Shown here: positions 9,333 to 22,346 of the stretch, one piece after another
Layout: every line of letters begins with the position of its first letter
Numbering within the stretch: position 1 is the stretch's first letter
Origin: Candidatus Cloacimonadota bacterium
GTDB lineage: Bacteria > Cloacimonadota > Cloacimonadia > G963667145
Reading direction: 5' to 3'
Length of the DNA: 64,000 bases
Assembly (NCBI GenBank): GCA_963667255.1
Contig: OY762940.1
Coordinates: 1,504,001 to 1,568,000, forward strand
Position numbers and translations under genes: made by a program
Notes under the pieces: model-generated
Told to the model about the DNA's origin: nothing
The model's database searches: none
Seen by the model: the letters and a program-made list of their open reading frames with translations, nothing else

Positions 9333-10507
9333 AACGAGTTATTTTGATAGTATTGGACGGTGTAGGAGTCGGATATTTGCCTGATGCCGGGAAGTTTGGC
9401 GACAAAGGGGCTGCCACTATCCCGAATATTGCCACCAAACTGGGCGGATTAGATTTACCCAATTTGCAAAGTTTGGGACTGGGAAACATTGTCCCCATTT
9501 TAGGCGTTGATACTTGCGACAATCCACTGGCTGCAACTGGCAAATTGGCGGAAATTTCCAATTCAAAAGATTCCATTTCTGGACATTGGGAGATTGCAGG
9601 GATTATCCCGACATTGAATTTCGACTATTTCCCCGATGGATTTTCAGATGCCATTATCGATAAGTTTGTGGAACTCACAGGCGTTCCGGGAGTTTTGCTA
9701 AACAAACCATATTCTGGCACTGACGCTATCGCCGAGTATGGAGAGGAGCACATCAAAAGCAAAAAGCCCATAGTTTACACCTCCGCCGACAGTGTTTTCC
9801 AAATAGCTTGTCACGAAGAGATTTATCCCATAGACAAGCTTTACGAAATGTGTGAAATCGCAAGGCACAAAGTTTTCGATGCCGAAACTTGCATCGGCAG
9901 AGTCATCGCACGACCTTTCCTCGGAGAAAATTCCCAAAATTTCTACCGAACTGGAAACCGAAAAGATTATGCCATCTCTCCCACAGGCAAAACTGTTCTC
10001 GATTTTTTGAAAGATAACGGCAAAGAAGTATTGGGCATCGGCAAAATCGAAGACCTTTTCAATAGACAAGGTTTGACCAAAATCGACCATACCAAAACTA
10101 ACCAAGAAGGAATCGCTTCCACCATTAAGAATATTAAAGAATTTAAACACGAAGGTCTTATCTTTACCAATCTTGTGGATTTTGACAGCAAATGGGGGCA
10201 CAGAAATTTGCCTCAAGATTTTGCCGACGGACTAAAATATTTTGACAACGAACTGCCCAAAATACTGAATGTTATGCAAGAGGAAGATATATTGATTATC
10301 ACTGCCGACCACGGATGTGACCCAACATTCCCGGGAACAGACCACACACGAGAATACACTCCACTACTTGTTGTCGGAGCAAAGGTGCAACCGCAAGACC
10401 TTGGAATTAGAGAAAGTTTTGCCGATATAGGCTCAACAATCGCCGAATATTTTAACATCAATACCAACTTGGTTGGTAAATCTTTTTTGAGAGAAATTTG
10501 TAAATGA
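9329..10507 (+). CDS. deoB: Phosphopentomutase
   Basis: VLDGVGVG, KDSISGHWE, YTSADSVFQIA, GRVIARPF, TADHGCDP, DHTRE. Confidence 0.97.
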   Translation: MKRVILIVLDGVGVGYLPDAGKFGDKGAATIPNIATKLGGLDLPNLQSLGLGNIVPILGVDTCDNPLAATGKLAEISNSKDSISGHWEIAGIIPTLNFDYFPDGFSDAIIDKFVELTGVPGVLLNKPYSGTDAIAEYGEEHIKSKKPIVYTSADSVFQIACHEEIYPIDKLYEMCEIARHKVFDAETCIGRVIARPFLGENSQNFYRTGNRKDYAISPTGKTVLDFLKDNGKEVLGIGKIEDLFNRQGLTKIDHTKTNQEGIASTIKNIKEFKHEGLIFTNLVDFDSKWGHRNLPQDFADGLKYFDNELPKILNVMQEEDILIITADHGCDPTFPGTDHTREYTPLLVVGAKVQPQDLGIRESFADIGSTIAEYFNINTNLVGKSFLREICK

Positions 10508-11586
10508 CAACTCCTACTGAAAACCACGACACGACTTATAAAATTATAAGCTTTTCTTTACTTTTGATTTCTATCACTATCAGCATCATCGCCATGAAAA
10601 ATTTGCAATCGCTCTTCATTCCCCTGATGTTCGCCATCTTCTTCACCTTTCTTTTCGACCCGTTTCATAGATTTTTGACAAGTAAGAAAGTGCCAAACTC
10701 TTTGGCGGTTATCATTGTTTTGGTTATCGTGTTTAGCGTAATGTATTTAATCGGCTACCTAATTTTTATCGGGGCTCAATCTTTTGTGAAAGAGTTCCCA
10801 AAATATGAAGACATTCTTTCGGCGAGATTTAGCTCTACCGTCGAAACACTAAAAATATATTTGCCCGACTTAAATTTAGACCTCAAAGACTATTTACTCA
10901 AAATCGACTGGGCAAGTATGTGGGACAGATTGTCAGTTTCCAAAATATTGAAAACCACAATGGGAACTTTCGTAGATTTCTTGGTGAAACTTTTACTTTC
11001 CCTTATCTTTATGCTCTTCCTCATGACTAGCAAAGACAAGTTGATAAAATCTTTGGAGATTTCTCAAAAAGAGAAATTCGGTCGCTCCAACTTAAATCGT
11101 TCCATCCGCAAAATTGAAAACTCAATCGGTAAATATTTTGCCGTAAAATCACTAATCTCTTTTGGCACTGCATTAGTCGGGATGTTTTTTATGAGTATTT
11201 TCGGAATAGATTTTGTTTTATTCAGCGGACTGCTTTTATTCTTCTTCAACTTCATCCCAAACTTCGGCTCAATTACCGCTTCTGCTTTCCCTGTTCTTGT
11301 CGGATTTTTGGAATATGGACTAAGCTGGGAACCTTTCGCCATTGCCATTTCATTAACCGTTACACAATTTACCTTTGGCAATCTGTTAGAACCAAAATAT
11401 ATCGGGAATACTCTCAATATTTCTCCCCTATTTATCCTTCTTTCATTAATTTTTTGGGGATGGGTTTGGGGTGCAGTAGGTATGGTTTTAGCCATTCCTC
11501 TGACTTCTTGCATCAATCTAATAATAAAGGAAATCCCCTCTATGCGAACCATCTCTATTCTGCTCAGCGGAGAAATAGATGAGTAG
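10504..11586 (+). CDS. AI-2E family transporter
   Basis: Multi-TM; FNFIPNFG, GNLLEPK..G..LNISP, FWGWVWGAVGMVLAIP. Confidence 0.92.
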   Translation: MTTPTENHDTTYKIISFSLLLISITISIIAMKNLQSLFIPLMFAIFFTFLFDPFHRFLTSKKVPNSLAVIIVLVIVFSVMYLIGYLIFIGAQSFVKEFPKYEDILSARFSSTVETLKIYLPDLNLDLKDYLLKIDWASMWDRLSVSKILKTTMGTFVDFLVKLLLSLIFMLFLMTSKDKLIKSLEISQKEKFGRSNLNRSIRKIENSIGKYFAVKSLISFGTALVGMFFMSIFGIDFVLFSGLLLFFFNFIPNFGSITASAFPVLVGFLEYGLSWEPFAIAISLTVTQFTFGNLLEPKYIGNTLNISPLFILLSLIFWGWVWGAVGMVLAIPLTSCINLIIKEIPSMRTISILLSGEIDE

Positions 11587-12247
11587 AGGGTGGACAAATC
11601 TACTGAAACGACCAGACATCATAGCGAAATTAGAAAAATTTATCTATGAATTGCCTGATGATTATAAAAAATCGGAAGACGAAATATCTTTAAATTTAAA
11701 CGATTTTTTCGAAAATTCTGCTCTCCCCCTCGAACTTGAAATCGGTTGTGGTAAAGGAGAGTTCATTGCTCATAAGTCAAACTCTGAGAAGGAAATAAAT
11801 TTTGTCGGAATAGAAGTGAAACCAAAAAGAATCGTTTCGATTGTGCAAAAACTCGACCTTGAAACAAACAAAAATATAAAGATACTAAATTTTTTTTTGG
11901 ATAAAGAGTCCGTTAAGCTTCTTTCCGGTAGCACTTTTGAGAAAATATACATAAACTATCCGGACCCGTGGCCGAAAAAGAGACATCACAAAAAAAGATT
12001 GATTGATGCTGAATTTGTGAATTTGCTTTTGTTATTGTTGGAAGAAAAAGGCATATTGCAAATCATCACAGACAACAAAAACTATGCGGAACAAATAAAA
12101 GCCGTGCTTGAAGAAAACAAAAACTTGTGTGAAGTTGATGATTGTGCGAGAAAAAAACTTTTGACTGACAGAAAAACAACCTATTTCGAAGAGATAAAAA
12201 GGGAAGAAGGCTTTGAACCCAACATTTTTCTTTTTCAAAAAATATAA
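11579..12247 (+). CDS. trmB: tRNA (guanine-N7)-methyltransferase
   Basis: LEIGCGKG, FVGIE, YPDPWPKKRHHKKR, TDN..YA, TYFE. Confidence 0.95.
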   Translation: MSRGWTNLLKRPDIIAKLEKFIYELPDDYKKSEDEISLNLNDFFENSALPLELEIGCGKGEFIAHKSNSEKEINFVGIEVKPKRIVSIVQKLDLETNKNIKILNFFLDKESVKLLSGSTFEKIYINYPDPWPKKRHHKKRLIDAEFVNLLLLLLEEKGILQIITDNKNYAEQIKAVLEENKNLCEVDDCARKKLLTDRKTTYFEEIKREEGFEPNIFLFQKI

Positions 12248-12272
12248 TAATTAAATCATTAGAGGAGATATC

Positions 12273-12941
12273 ATGGCAGAAAATTTTATAACTTTCAAAA
12301 AATGCGTAGCATATCTACGAATTAATGAAACAATTTTGGACGAATTAATCAAAGTAAACAATTTCAAAACCGTAAAATCAGGGAAAACCGTTAAATTGGA
12401 CAAAGATGAGATTGACGAATGGATTTCCAATTTGGAAGAAAGAGAGCAAAATCAACTCGCTATTCAAAGAATTACCTGTAGATTTTCGGACTACATAAAA
12501 CTGGAATATATTAAGCTGAATTTTGAGGCTTCCAATAAATTTGACGCTATTGCCAAAATTTCCCGTTTCGCCAAAGATTGCGAGGTTATTCAAAACGAAA
12601 GATGGCTAAACGAAACCATCGTAGCCAGAGAAAACATGGCGACCACTGCCGTCGGCGAGGGTATCGCCTTTCTCCATACTAGAGCTCCTCACCCCACTAA
12701 AATTAACACTGCCAGTGTTCTTTTGGTAAAATCAGAAAAAGGGATCAATTTTGGAGCCCTTGACAACAAACCAGTGCACCTGCTGTTTCTCCTATTACTC
12801 AAAAACGAAAAGGAACACCTTTTTTCTCTATCTTATCTAAACAAAGTAATGTTGAACAAAAAAAATATGGATATATTGAAAAACAGCAAAAATTCACAAG
12901 AAATATTTAATACATTGCTTAACCCCAACTTCGAATTTTAA
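12273..12941 (+). CDS. Excisionase-type HTH fused to PTS EIIA (Ntr/Fru-type) domain
   Basis: N-terminal AYLRI...EIDEWI HTH; RE..ATTAVGEGIAFLH, GINFGALDNKPV. Confidence 0.85.
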   Translation: MAENFITFKKCVAYLRINETILDELIKVNNFKTVKSGKTVKLDKDEIDEWISNLEEREQNQLAIQRITCRFSDYIKLEYIKLNFEASNKFDAIAKISRFAKDCEVIQNERWLNETIVARENMATTAVGEGIAFLHTRAPHPTKINTASVLLVKSEKGINFGALDNKPVHLLFLLLLKNEKEHLFSLSYLNKVMLNKKNMDILKNSKNSQEIFNTLLNPNFEF

Positions 12942-13001
12942 CATAACGGCAAAACATATTTTAGGATAAATTATTTTTTTAAACTTTTTCTGTTTTTCTG
13001 T

Positions 13002-13242
13002 TTGACAGAAAAACCGTTTTTATCATGTATCGTTCCAATAAAAATTAGTTCTCGTCGTGGAACTAAAAAAATCTGCAAAAGGTATAGGCAATGAATAGTA
13101 AAAATATTTTTTCTTCTTTCACTGTAGAAGTCCTATACCTAATTTCTGTCATTATTATTGTCCTCGTTTAGCTGTCTCTGTATTTCCAAATTTTATAGAG
13201 GCAGCGAAAATCACAAAAATCCCATTATTTTAGGAGAGCTAT
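13002..13242 (+). promoter_or_regulatory. Promoter (-35 TTGACA 13002-13007) and attenuator-like leader of the ilv-leu operon
   Basis: TTGACA; helix AGGTATAGG (13080-88) with CCTATACCT (13132-40); 12-bp hairpin 13171-13205. Confidence 0.7.
13091..13171 (+). CDS. ilv-leu operon leader peptide MNSKNIFSSFTVEVLYLISVIIIVLV (26 aa)
   Basis: ATG 13091 to TAG 13171, preceded by AGGTATAGG; 12 of the last 15 codons are Ile/Leu/Val; lies directly upstream of the BCAA operon. Confidence 0.85.
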   Translation: MNSKNIFSSFTVEVLYLISVIIIVLV

Positions 13243-13722
13243 ATGAAAAAAAAAGTTTTATCATTATTAGTAAAAAATCATTCAGGTGTTTTAAGCAAAA
13301 TTGCACTGCTTTTCACAAGGAGAGGATATAATATCCATTCCCTATCTGTCGGAACTACGGAAAATCCGAAACGCTCAAGAATGACCATAGAAGTGATAGA
13401 AGATAGTAAGATGATGGACCAAATCATCAAACAACTAAAAAAACTTTTGGATGTGATAGAGGTAAATTGTCACACCAAAGAAGATTCGGTTATCCAAGAT
13501 TTGTGCCTAATAAAAATAAAAATTACCGGTGCGGAAGAAACAAACAAAATAATCGTTCTTGCCCGAGAGTTTAATGTGCCTATTGTAAATTTCAGCGAAA
13601 ACTCAATGATAGTGGAATTTGTGGGCAGAGAAAGAAAAATGGAAGATTTTTTGGCGTGTCTAAAAGATTTTGAAATATTAGAATACATACAAACAGGCGT
13701 AACAGCCATGAAAAAAAATTAA
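13243..13722 (+). CDS. ilvN: Acetolactate synthase small subunit
   Basis: LVKNHSGVLSKIALLFTRRGYNIHSL; QIIKQLKKLLDVI ACT domain. Confidence 0.95.
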   Translation: MKKKVLSLLVKNHSGVLSKIALLFTRRGYNIHSLSVGTTENPKRSRMTIEVIEDSKMMDQIIKQLKKLLDVIEVNCHTKEDSVIQDLCLIKIKITGAEETNKIIVLAREFNVPIVNFSENSMIVEFVGRERKMEDFLACLKDFEILEYIQTGVTAMKKN

Positions 13723-14733
<1,011 letters not shown>

Positions 14734-14752
14734 TAAAATTTTAGGAGTTATA

Positions 14753-16276
14753 ATGGCTGGAACCATCAAAATTTTCGACACCACATTGAGAGACGGAGAA
14801 CAATCTCCGGGATGCTCAATGACCTTAAAAGAGAAGATACAGATTGCTCAACAATTGGAAAAACTCGGTGTCGATGTTATTGAAGCTGGATTTGCCATAT
14901 CTTCGAACGAAGATTTCGAATCAATTTCAGAAATAGCAAAAATCGTAAAAAATGCGAGTGTTGCCTCTTTGGCAAGAGCTGCCAAACCCGATGTTGACAG
15001 GGCTTGGCAAGCTGTTAAGCATGCTAAAAAGCCGAGAATACATATTTTCATCGCTACCTCGGACATTCATTTGGAATACAAATTGAAAATGTCCAGAGAA
15101 GAGGCTCTAAAGCAAGCAAGAGAGATGGTAGCCTACGGGAAATCTTTGTGCGATGACATCGAATTTTCCGCCGAAGATGCAACAAGAAGCGACAAAGACT
15201 ACTTGGTAGAGGTTTTTACTTCCGTTATCGATGCTGGTGCAACCGTTATCAATGTTCCTGACACTGTTGGGTTTACCACTCCTACCGAATATTACGACCT
15301 CATTTCCTACCTCAAGAAAAATGTAAAAAACATCGATAAAGCGACTATCTCTGTTCATTGTCACAACGATTTGGGCTTGAGCGTAGCCAACTCTTTGGCA
15401 GCGATAAAAGCGGGAGCAGGACAAGTGGAATGCACTATCAACGGCATCGGCGAGAGAGCAGGCAACGCAGCTTTGGAAGAGGTCGTTATGAGCCTTGAGG
15501 TTCGCAAAGACATTTTTGGCACAACAACCAACATTAACACAAAAGAGATTTATCGCAGTTCAAACTTGGTAAGCTCAATAACGGGTAGTCTGGTGCAAGC
15601 CAACAAAGCGATTGTCGGTAAAAACGCTTTTGCTCACGAAGCCGGTATCCACCAGCACGGAGTCATGACTAACAAAAAAACTTACGAGATTATGACTCCT
15701 CAATCTGTCGGTGTCCCTCAGAACTCTTTTGTTTTGGGCAAGCATTCTGGGAAGCACGCTTTTAGCAATAAATTGGAAGAACTTGGATACTCGTTCGAAT
15801 CTGAACAAATCGAAGAGCTTTTTGTTGCTTTCAAAAATTTGGCAGACAAGAAAAAAGATATCTCCGATTTGGATTTGGAAGCCTTGGCTCAAAACAAGAT
15901 TACCAGAAACAGCAAACCGAAATACACAATCCAAAACTTTACATTTAACTCTGGGAGTGCTATCACTCCGACAGTTAGCCTCTCTTTGTTTGTTGATAAA
16001 AAAGAGAATATTCAAACTGTTTGCCACGGAGACGGACTAGTGGATGCCGCTTTCAAAGCGATTGAAGAGTTAGTCGAGAGAGAATACACTTTGTGCAAAT
16101 ATGTTGTGAAAGGTATCGGAGACGGTGAGGACGCTCAAGGTCAAGTGAGCATTACACTCAAAGACAAGTTGACCCAAAAATCCGCTAACGGATACGGACT
16201 TGCCACAGATGTAGTGGAAGCGAGCATAAAGGCATATTTGCATGCAGTTAATAAATTGGAAATATTATGCAATTAG
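14753..16276 (+). CDS. leuA: 2-isopropylmalate synthase
   Basis: [38 protein letters not shown]-terminal regulatory domain. Confidence 0.96.
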   Translation: MAGTIKIFDTTLRDGEQSPGCSMTLKEKIQIAQQLEKLGVDVIEAGFAISSNEDFESISEIAKIVKNASVASLARAAKPDVDRAWQAVKHAKKPRIHIFIATSDIHLEYKLKMSREEALKQAREMVAYGKSLCDDIEFSAEDATRSDKDYLVEVFTSVIDAGATVINVPDTVGFTTPTEYYDLISYLKKNVKNIDKATISVHCHNDLGLSVANSLAAIKAGAGQVECTINGIGERAGNAALEEVVMSLEVRKDIFGTTTNINTKEIYRSSNLVSSITGSLVQANKAIVGKNAFAHEAGIHQHGVMTNKKTYEIMTPQSVGVPQNSFVLGKHSGKHAFSNKLEELGYSFESEQIEELFVAFKNLADKKKDISDLDLEALAQNKITRNSKPKYTIQNFTFNSGSAITPTVSLSLFVDKKENIQTVCHGDGLVDAAFKAIEELVEREYTLCKYVVKGIGDGEDAQGQVSITLKDKLTQKSANGYGLATDVVEASIKAYLHAVNKLEILCN

Positions 16277-17832
16277 ACATACTGGACACCACACTCCGCG
16301 ATGGCTCTCAAGCCGAAGGGATTTCCTTTTCCGTAGAAGATAAATTGTCTATTACGCAAGCCCTGTCTGACCTCGGCATCGCTTACATCGAAGCGGGCAA
16401 CCCTGGTTCCAACCCAAAAGATTTGGAGTTTTTTGCCAGATTGGACAAAACAAAAATTACCAATTCCAAAATTGTGGCTTTTGGGGCAACGAGAAGGAAG
16501 TGCATCAAACCGGAAGATGACGAGAATTTGAATTCTCTGTTGAAAGCAGACACAAAAGCTGTCTCCATTTTCGGTAAAAGTTGGGATTTCCATGTAAAAA
16601 AAATCATAGATTGTAGCATGGAAGAAAATTTGGCAATGATATGCGAAACTATTGAGTTCCTGACAAGTAGAGGAAAAGAGGTTATCTTCGATGCTGAGCA
16701 TTTCTTTGACGGATACAAGAACAACCCCGAATACGCAATATCTTCTCTGCAAGCAGCTGTTGATGGAGGTGCTGAAACTCTTTGTCTGTGCGACACCAAC
16801 GGTGGCTGTTTCCCTCACGAAATCGAAAAAATTACCAAAGAAGTTGTGGCTCTTTTCGGGGAAAAAGCAAAAATTGGAATACATGCTCACAACGACTCCG
16901 ATATGGCTGTTGCCAACTCCATTGCCGCAATCTTATCCGGAGCAAAACATGTGCAGGGAACTCTTTTGGGTTTCGGAGAACGATGTGGCAATGCCAACTT
17001 AATCTCGATAATCGTGAACTTGCAACTGAAGCTAAAAATCGATTGCATCCCCGAGGAAAACCTAAAATCCATAACTGAAATTGCCAACAAAGTAGCGGAA
17101 ATTGCCAACATCAGTGTTGAGAATAAAACACCATTTATCGGGAAAAGTGCTTTTGCTCACAAAGGTGGAATGCATGTGGACGGTGTGAGGAAATACTCGG
17201 AGAGTTTTGAGCATCTTTCTCCGGAAACTATCGGTGCCAAAAGAAGATTTCTGGTAAGCGAAGTCGGCGGGAAAAGTTTAATTTTGGAAAAAGCTCTGAA
17301 AATCGTGCCGGATTTGGAATTAAAATCGGACAAAGCCAAAGAGCTGATGCACTACCTAAAAGAAAAAGAGTTCGAAGGTTATGTGTTCGAAGGAGCAGAA
17401 GCAAGTTTTGCCCTTTTTATAAAAAGACATATGGGAATCTTCACTCCTTCTTTCGATTTGAAGCACTACAAAATAATTGCCGGAGACCAAGAATCAGCCG
17501 ACGAAACCTCCTCAGCTATCATCAAAATCGTGGTTGATGGCAAAGTCGGATTTACCGCTGCCGAAGGAAACGGACCGGTAAATGCCTTGGACAAAGCTCT
17601 GCGAAAAGTTTTGGAAGATTTTTTTCCCTGTCTGAAAGAGGTGAACTTGATAGATTACAAAGTAAGAGTTTTGAACCAAAAAGATGCGAGTGAAGCGAAA
17701 GTGCGGGTGCTAATCACCTCGACTGACGGACAATCCTCATGGACAACCGTGGGAGTCTCGACAAACATCATAGAGGCAAGCTGGATAGCTCTGGTGGACT
17801 CTTTGGAATACAAATTAATGAATAAGGAGTAA
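16267..17832 (+). CDS. cimA: Citramalate synthase
   Basis: DTTLRDGSQAEG, PGSNPKD, GKSWDFHV, DAEHFFDG, AHKGGMHV, DYKVR. Confidence 0.92.
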   Translation: MQLDILDTTLRDGSQAEGISFSVEDKLSITQALSDLGIAYIEAGNPGSNPKDLEFFARLDKTKITNSKIVAFGATRRKCIKPEDDENLNSLLKADTKAVSIFGKSWDFHVKKIIDCSMEENLAMICETIEFLTSRGKEVIFDAEHFFDGYKNNPEYAISSLQAAVDGGAETLCLCDTNGGCFPHEIEKITKEVVALFGEKAKIGIHAHNDSDMAVANSIAAILSGAKHVQGTLLGFGERCGNANLISIIVNLQLKLKIDCIPEENLKSITEIANKVAEIANISVENKTPFIGKSAFAHKGGMHVDGVRKYSESFEHLSPETIGAKRRFLVSEVGGKSLILEKALKIVPDLELKSDKAKELMHYLKEKEFEGYVFEGAEASFALFIKRHMGIFTPSFDLKHYKIIAGDQESADETSSAIIKIVVDGKVGFTAAEGNGPVNALDKALRKVLEDFFPCLKEVNLIDYKVRVLNQKDASEAKVRVLITSTDGQSSWTTVGVSTNIIEASWIALVDSLEYKLMNKE

Positions 17833-17838
17833 TTAACT

Positions 17839-19098
17839 ATGGGAATGACTATGACCCAAAAAATTTTAGCCCAAGCAGCCGGAGTGCAAAATCTGAAAGC
17901 TGGAGATTTAATAGAAGCGAATTTGACTTTGGTTTTGGGCAACGATATTACCACACCTGTGGCTATAGACGAGTTTGAAAAGGCAGGACTCAAAAAGGTT
18001 TTTAACAAAAGTAAAATCGCCATCGTGCCTGACCACTTTGCACCTAATAAGGACATAAAAGCCGCCGAGCAATGCAAAAAAGTGAGAGATTTCGCTCATA
18101 AAATGGAAATTGAAAACTATTTTGAGGTCGGACAAATGGGAATTGAGCATTGCCTTTTGCCTGAAAAAGGGCTGGTGGTAGCTGGAGATGTGGTAATAGG
18201 TGCTGACTCTCACACCTGCACATACGGTGCTTTGGGAGCATTTTCCACTGGGATAGGCTCTACGGATATGGCATACGGAATGGCTACTGGCAAAGCATGG
18301 TTCAAAGTGCCATCTGCTATCAAATTTAATCTGACTGGGAAGCTACAACCGATGGTCAGCGGAAAAGATTTAATCTTGCATATTATCGGCGAAATCGGAG
18401 TGGACGGAGCTTTGTATCAATCGATGGAATTTTGTGGAGATGGAGTGTCCGCTCTGAGCATAGACGACAGATTTACCATCGCCAATATGGCTATCGAAGC
18501 TGGTGCCAAAAACGGGATATTCCCAGTGGACGAGCAAACCAGAGAGTATCTGAAAGAGCATGCAACTCGCGAATACAAAGAGTTTACAGCTGACGATGAT
18601 GCCGAATATTCTCAAGTAATGAATATCGATTTGTCAAAATTGGAACCGACAGTTTCTTTCCCATTCTTGCCTGACAACACCAGAACTATTAGCGAAGCAG
18701 CGGGATTGGAAATTGACCAAGTGGTAATCGGTTCTTGCACGAACGGACGGATGCAAGACCTTCGCCAAGCTGCCGCTATCCTCAAAGGCAAAAAAGTTGC
18801 CGATGGAATAAGAGTCATCATCTTGCCGGGAACACAAAAAATCTATCTGCAAGCTATTGAAGAGGGTTTGGTGCAACAATTCGTGGAGGCTGGAGCTGTG
18901 GTTTCCACACCAACATGCGGACCTTGTCTTGGCGGACACATGGGAATTTTGGCTGCCAAAGAAAGATGTGTTTCCACAACAAATCGCAACTTCGTGGGCA
19001 GAATGGGTCATGTGGAATCGGAAGTGTATTTGGCTTCACCGACTGTCGCAGCCGCTTCCGCTTTGACAGGCAAAATCACCGACCCGAGAAAAATATAA
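17839..19098 (+). CDS. leuC: 3-isopropylmalate dehydratase large subunit
   Basis: [30 protein letters not shown]. Confidence 0.96.
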   Translation: MGMTMTQKILAQAAGVQNLKAGDLIEANLTLVLGNDITTPVAIDEFEKAGLKKVFNKSKIAIVPDHFAPNKDIKAAEQCKKVRDFAHKMEIENYFEVGQMGIEHCLLPEKGLVVAGDVVIGADSHTCTYGALGAFSTGIGSTDMAYGMATGKAWFKVPSAIKFNLTGKLQPMVSGKDLILHIIGEIGVDGALYQSMEFCGDGVSALSIDDRFTIANMAIEAGAKNGIFPVDEQTREYLKEHATREYKEFTADDDAEYSQVMNIDLSKLEPTVSFPFLPDNTRTISEAAGLEIDQVVIGSCTNGRMQDLRQAAAILKGKKVADGIRVIILPGTQKIYLQAIEEGLVQQFVEAGAVVSTPTCGPCLGGHMGILAAKERCVSTTNRNFVGRMGHVESEVYLASPTVAAASALTGKITDPRKI

Positions 19099-19120
19099 AA
19101 TTTTAAGGAGACAATCCATT

Positions 19121-19603
19121 ATGAATAAAGTTTATAAATATGGCGACAACATTGACACTGATGTGATTATTCCCGCTAGATTTTTAAATACATCTTCTCA
19201 CAGCGAGCTGGCTCAACATTGCATGGAAGACATCGATGCAGATTTTGCCAAGACTGTGAAGAGCGGAGACATCATAGTTGCAGGTGCTAACTTCGGTTGC
19301 GGGTCATCACGAGAACATGCCCCTATCGCTATAAAAGAGTCCGGCATCCTTTGCATTATCGCCAAAAGTTTCGCCAGAATTTTCTACAGAAACTCTATCA
19401 ATATAGGTTTACCTATTTTGGAGTGCGAACAAGCTGCCAAGGAAATCAACCCCGGAGAGAATTTGGATATAGATTTCGAAAAGGGCATCATCAAAAATCT
19501 AACTACAAGCAAGACCTATCAAGCCGCACCATTTCCCCCATTTATGCAGGAAATAATCAGTGCTGGCGGTTTAATGAACAGAATAAACGGAGATACAAAA
19601 TGA
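19121..19603 (+). CDS. leuD: 3-isopropylmalate dehydratase small subunit
   Basis: [31 protein letters not shown]. Confidence 0.96.
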   Translation: MNKVYKYGDNIDTDVIIPARFLNTSSHSELAQHCMEDIDADFAKTVKSGDIIVAGANFGCGSSREHAPIAIKESGILCIIAKSFARIFYRNSINIGLPILECEQAAKEINPGENLDIDFEKGIIKNLTTSKTYQAAPFPPFMQEIISAGGLMNRINGDTK

Positions 19604-20652
19604 AAATTGCAGTTTTAAAAGGCGACGGTGTAGGACCGGATATAGTTGCTGAGGCTATCAAAGTTTTGAATAAAATCGGCGAAAAATACAACAAAATTTT
19701 TGAGTTGGAATACGGACTTATCGGCGGAGAAGCTATCGACAAAACCGACAATCCTTTGCCACAAGAGACCATCGATATCTGCAAAAACTCCGATGCTGTC
19801 CTCTTGGGAGCTGTTGGTGGACCAAAATGGGACAACCTGAAAGGGAACAAAAGACCAGAAGCAGGACTTTTGAAAATCAGAAAAGAGCTCGGACTTTTTG
19901 CCAATTTGCGACCATCAAAGATGCACAAAGCTTTGTATAAGGCATGTGTGCTAAAAGAAGAGATTGCTCAACAAGGCTTGGACATTATGATTTTACGCGA
20001 ACTCACAGGCGGTATCTACTTCGGCAAACGCGAAGACAAAGGTGATGTCGCTTACGACACTATGCTCTATCGCACCGAAGAGGTGGAGAGAATCGTTCGC
20101 TTGGCTTTCCAAATGGCAAAAAATCGTAGTAAAAAAGTGACCAGTGTGGATAAAGCTAATGTTCTCGATAGCTCTCGCTTGTGGAGAAGAACGGTGGAAA
20201 AAGTGCATGAGGATTTTCCTGATATCGAACTTATTCATATGTATGTAGATAACGCAGCTATGCAGTTAGTTCGCAATCCATCTCAATTCGATGTGCTGGT
20301 TACCGGAAATATGTTCGGCGATATCCTATCCGACCAAGCATCTATGATTACTGGCAGTATCGGTATGTTGCCCTCGGCATCTATGGGCACAGGCAAATTC
20401 GGTTTGTATGAGCCAATTCACGGCTCTGCTCCTGACATAGCTGGTCAAAATAAGGCGAACCCTTTGGCTACTATCTTGTCGATTGCAATGATGCTCAGAC
20501 ATTCTTTTGATATGCAGGAAGAAGCTCAAGCCATAGAAGATGCTGTAAACAAAGTGTTAGACCAAGGTTACCGCACACAAGACATCGCCAGAGATTCTGA
20601 GAAAATCGTCAGCACCACCGAGATGGGAGATTTGGTAACGAGCAATATTTAA
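19600..20652 (+). CDS. leuB: 3-isopropylmalate dehydrogenase
   Basis: True start ATG 19600 ([13 protein letters not shown]), overlapping the leuD stop; [25 protein letters not shown]. Confidence 0.97.
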   Translation: MKIAVLKGDGVGPDIVAEAIKVLNKIGEKYNKIFELEYGLIGGEAIDKTDNPLPQETIDICKNSDAVLLGAVGGPKWDNLKGNKRPEAGLLKIRKELGLFANLRPSKMHKALYKACVLKEEIAQQGLDIMILRELTGGIYFGKREDKGDVAYDTMLYRTEEVERIVRLAFQMAKNRSKKVTSVDKANVLDSSRLWRRTVEKVHEDFPDIELIHMYVDNAAMQLVRNPSQFDVLVTGNMFGDILSDQASMITGSIGMLPSASMGTGKFGLYEPIHGSAPDIAGQNKANPLATILSIAMMLRHSFDMQEEAQAIEDAVNKVLDQGYRTQDIARDSEKIVSTTEMGDLVTSNI

Positions 20653-20670
20653 GGAAATAAAGGTAAAAAA

Positions 20671-22329
20671 ATGAAAAGCAATGTAGTAAAAAAAGGAACC
20701 GACAAGACTCCGCACAGAAGCCTATTCAAAGCCTGTGGATATACCGATAGAGAGATTGACAGACCGCTTATTGGGATAGTCAACTCCAAAAACGAAATCG
20801 TCCCAGGACACACGGAATTGGACAAAATCGCCTCTGCCGTAAAGGCGGGAGTGCTATCTGCGGGCGGAACGCCAATAGAGTTCAATACCATCGGTGTCTG
20901 CGACGGCATTGCCATGGGACACGAAGGAATGCACTACTCACTGATTTCCCGAGAGATTATCGCCGACTCCGTGGAAATCATGGCGAAAGCTCACGGTTTC
21001 GATGCTTTGGTTTTCATTCCCAATTGTGACAAAATCGTGCCAGGAATGCTGATGGCAGCCATTAGACTAAACCTGCCTGCAATCTTCATCTCTGGAGGTC
21101 CAATGCTCGCTGGAAGAATTGACAACCGTGCCATCAGCTTGTCATCAACTTTCGAGGCAATCGGCTTATACAATTCCCAAAAAATCGACGAAGCAAAACT
21201 CAAAGAATATGAAGAGGAAAGCTGTCCGACCTGCGGTTCTTGCTCGGGAATGTTCACTGCCAACTCTATGAATTGCCTAACCGAAGCCATCGGAATGTCT
21301 TTGCCAGGAGCTGCCACCGTGCCTGCCGTTTACAGCAAGAGAATCAGACTTGCCAAAGAAAGCGGATACAGGGTTATGCACTTACTGGAGAACAATATTT
21401 GCCCCAAAGATATCATGAGCGAAAAAGCTTTTGAAAACGCTTTGGCTGTGGATATGGCTTTGGGTTGTAGCACCAACTCCGTTTTGCACTTGCCCGCCAT
21501 CGCCAACGAAGCGAACATCAGCATCTCTTTGGACAAAATCAACCAAATCAGTGCCGGCACTCCTAATCTCTGCAAGCTGTCCCCCGCAGGCGACAAACAC
21601 ATCGAAGACTTGGACAGAGCAGGCGGGATTCCCGCTGTGATGATGGAGTTACACAAAAAAAATCTGCTTCATACCGAACTTCCTACCGTTTTCGGAACAG
21701 TGCTATCCAGAATCGAAAACACTGTCAATTGCGATACCACAACGATTAAACCCATCGAAAACCCGCATTCCGAGCAAGGAGGACTTCTGATTTTGAAAGG
21801 AACTCTGGCTCCCAATGGTGCTGTCATCAAAAAATCTGCGGTTGATAAATCGATTTACGAATTTGTCGGCAAAGCCAAAGTTTTTTACAGCGAGCAAGAG
21901 TGCGTAAATGCTATCACTTCAGGGAAAATCAAGGAAGGCGATGTTATCGTTATCGCTTACGAAGGACCGAAAGGAGGTCCGGGAATGAGAGAGATGCTCT
22001 CGCCCACTTCGCTCTTAGCAGGAATGGGATTGGACAAAAGTGTTGCTTTGCTCACGGACGGGAGATTTTCCGGAGCCACCAGAGGTTTAGCCATAGGTCA
22101 TGTTTCGCCAGAGGCAGCATCAGGTGGACCAATAGCTTACATCCAAACTGGCGACACTATCAAGATAAATCTCAATGCGGGCACACTCGATGTGGAGATT
22201 GACCCTGCAAAGATGGAGAAAAGAAAGAAGAACACAACATTGAAAGAACCTAAAATCAAAACCGGATATTTGGCAAGATACGCCACGATGGTGCAGTCTG
22301 CCGACACCGGAGCGATTTTAAAAGTTTAA
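20671..22329 (+). CDS. ilvD: Dihydroxy-acid dehydratase
   Basis: [40 protein letters not shown]. Confidence 0.98.
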   Translation: MKSNVVKKGTDKTPHRSLFKACGYTDREIDRPLIGIVNSKNEIVPGHTELDKIASAVKAGVLSAGGTPIEFNTIGVCDGIAMGHEGMHYSLISREIIADSVEIMAKAHGFDALVFIPNCDKIVPGMLMAAIRLNLPAIFISGGPMLAGRIDNRAISLSSTFEAIGLYNSQKIDEAKLKEYEEESCPTCGSCSGMFTANSMNCLTEAIGMSLPGAATVPAVYSKRIRLAKESGYRVMHLLENNICPKDIMSEKAFENALAVDMALGCSTNSVLHLPAIANEANISISLDKINQISAGTPNLCKLSPAGDKHIEDLDRAGGIPAVMMELHKKNLLHTELPTVFGTVLSRIENTVNCDTTTIKPIENPHSEQGGLLILKGTLAPNGAVIKKSAVDKSIYEFVGKAKVFYSEQECVNAITSGKIKEGDVIVIAYEGPKGGPGMREMLSPTSLLAGMGLDKSVALLTDGRFSGATRGLAIGHVSPEAASGGPIAYIQTGDTIKINLNAGTLDVEIDPAKMEKRKKNTTLKEPKIKTGYLARYATMVQSADTGAILKV

Positions 22330-22346
22330 TTTATAAGGGGAGAGTT

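Noticed and set aside
13046..13240. T-box riboswitch upstream of the ilv-leu operon
   Set aside because: GTGGAACT only loosely resembles the T-box and sits in a small hairpin near the 5' end; no Stem I motifs and no terminator; the leader peptide explains the region better
19297..19599. 451-aa extended LeuB from the ORF track
   Set aside because: The extension overlaps leuD in another frame; LeuB homology starts at ATG 19600
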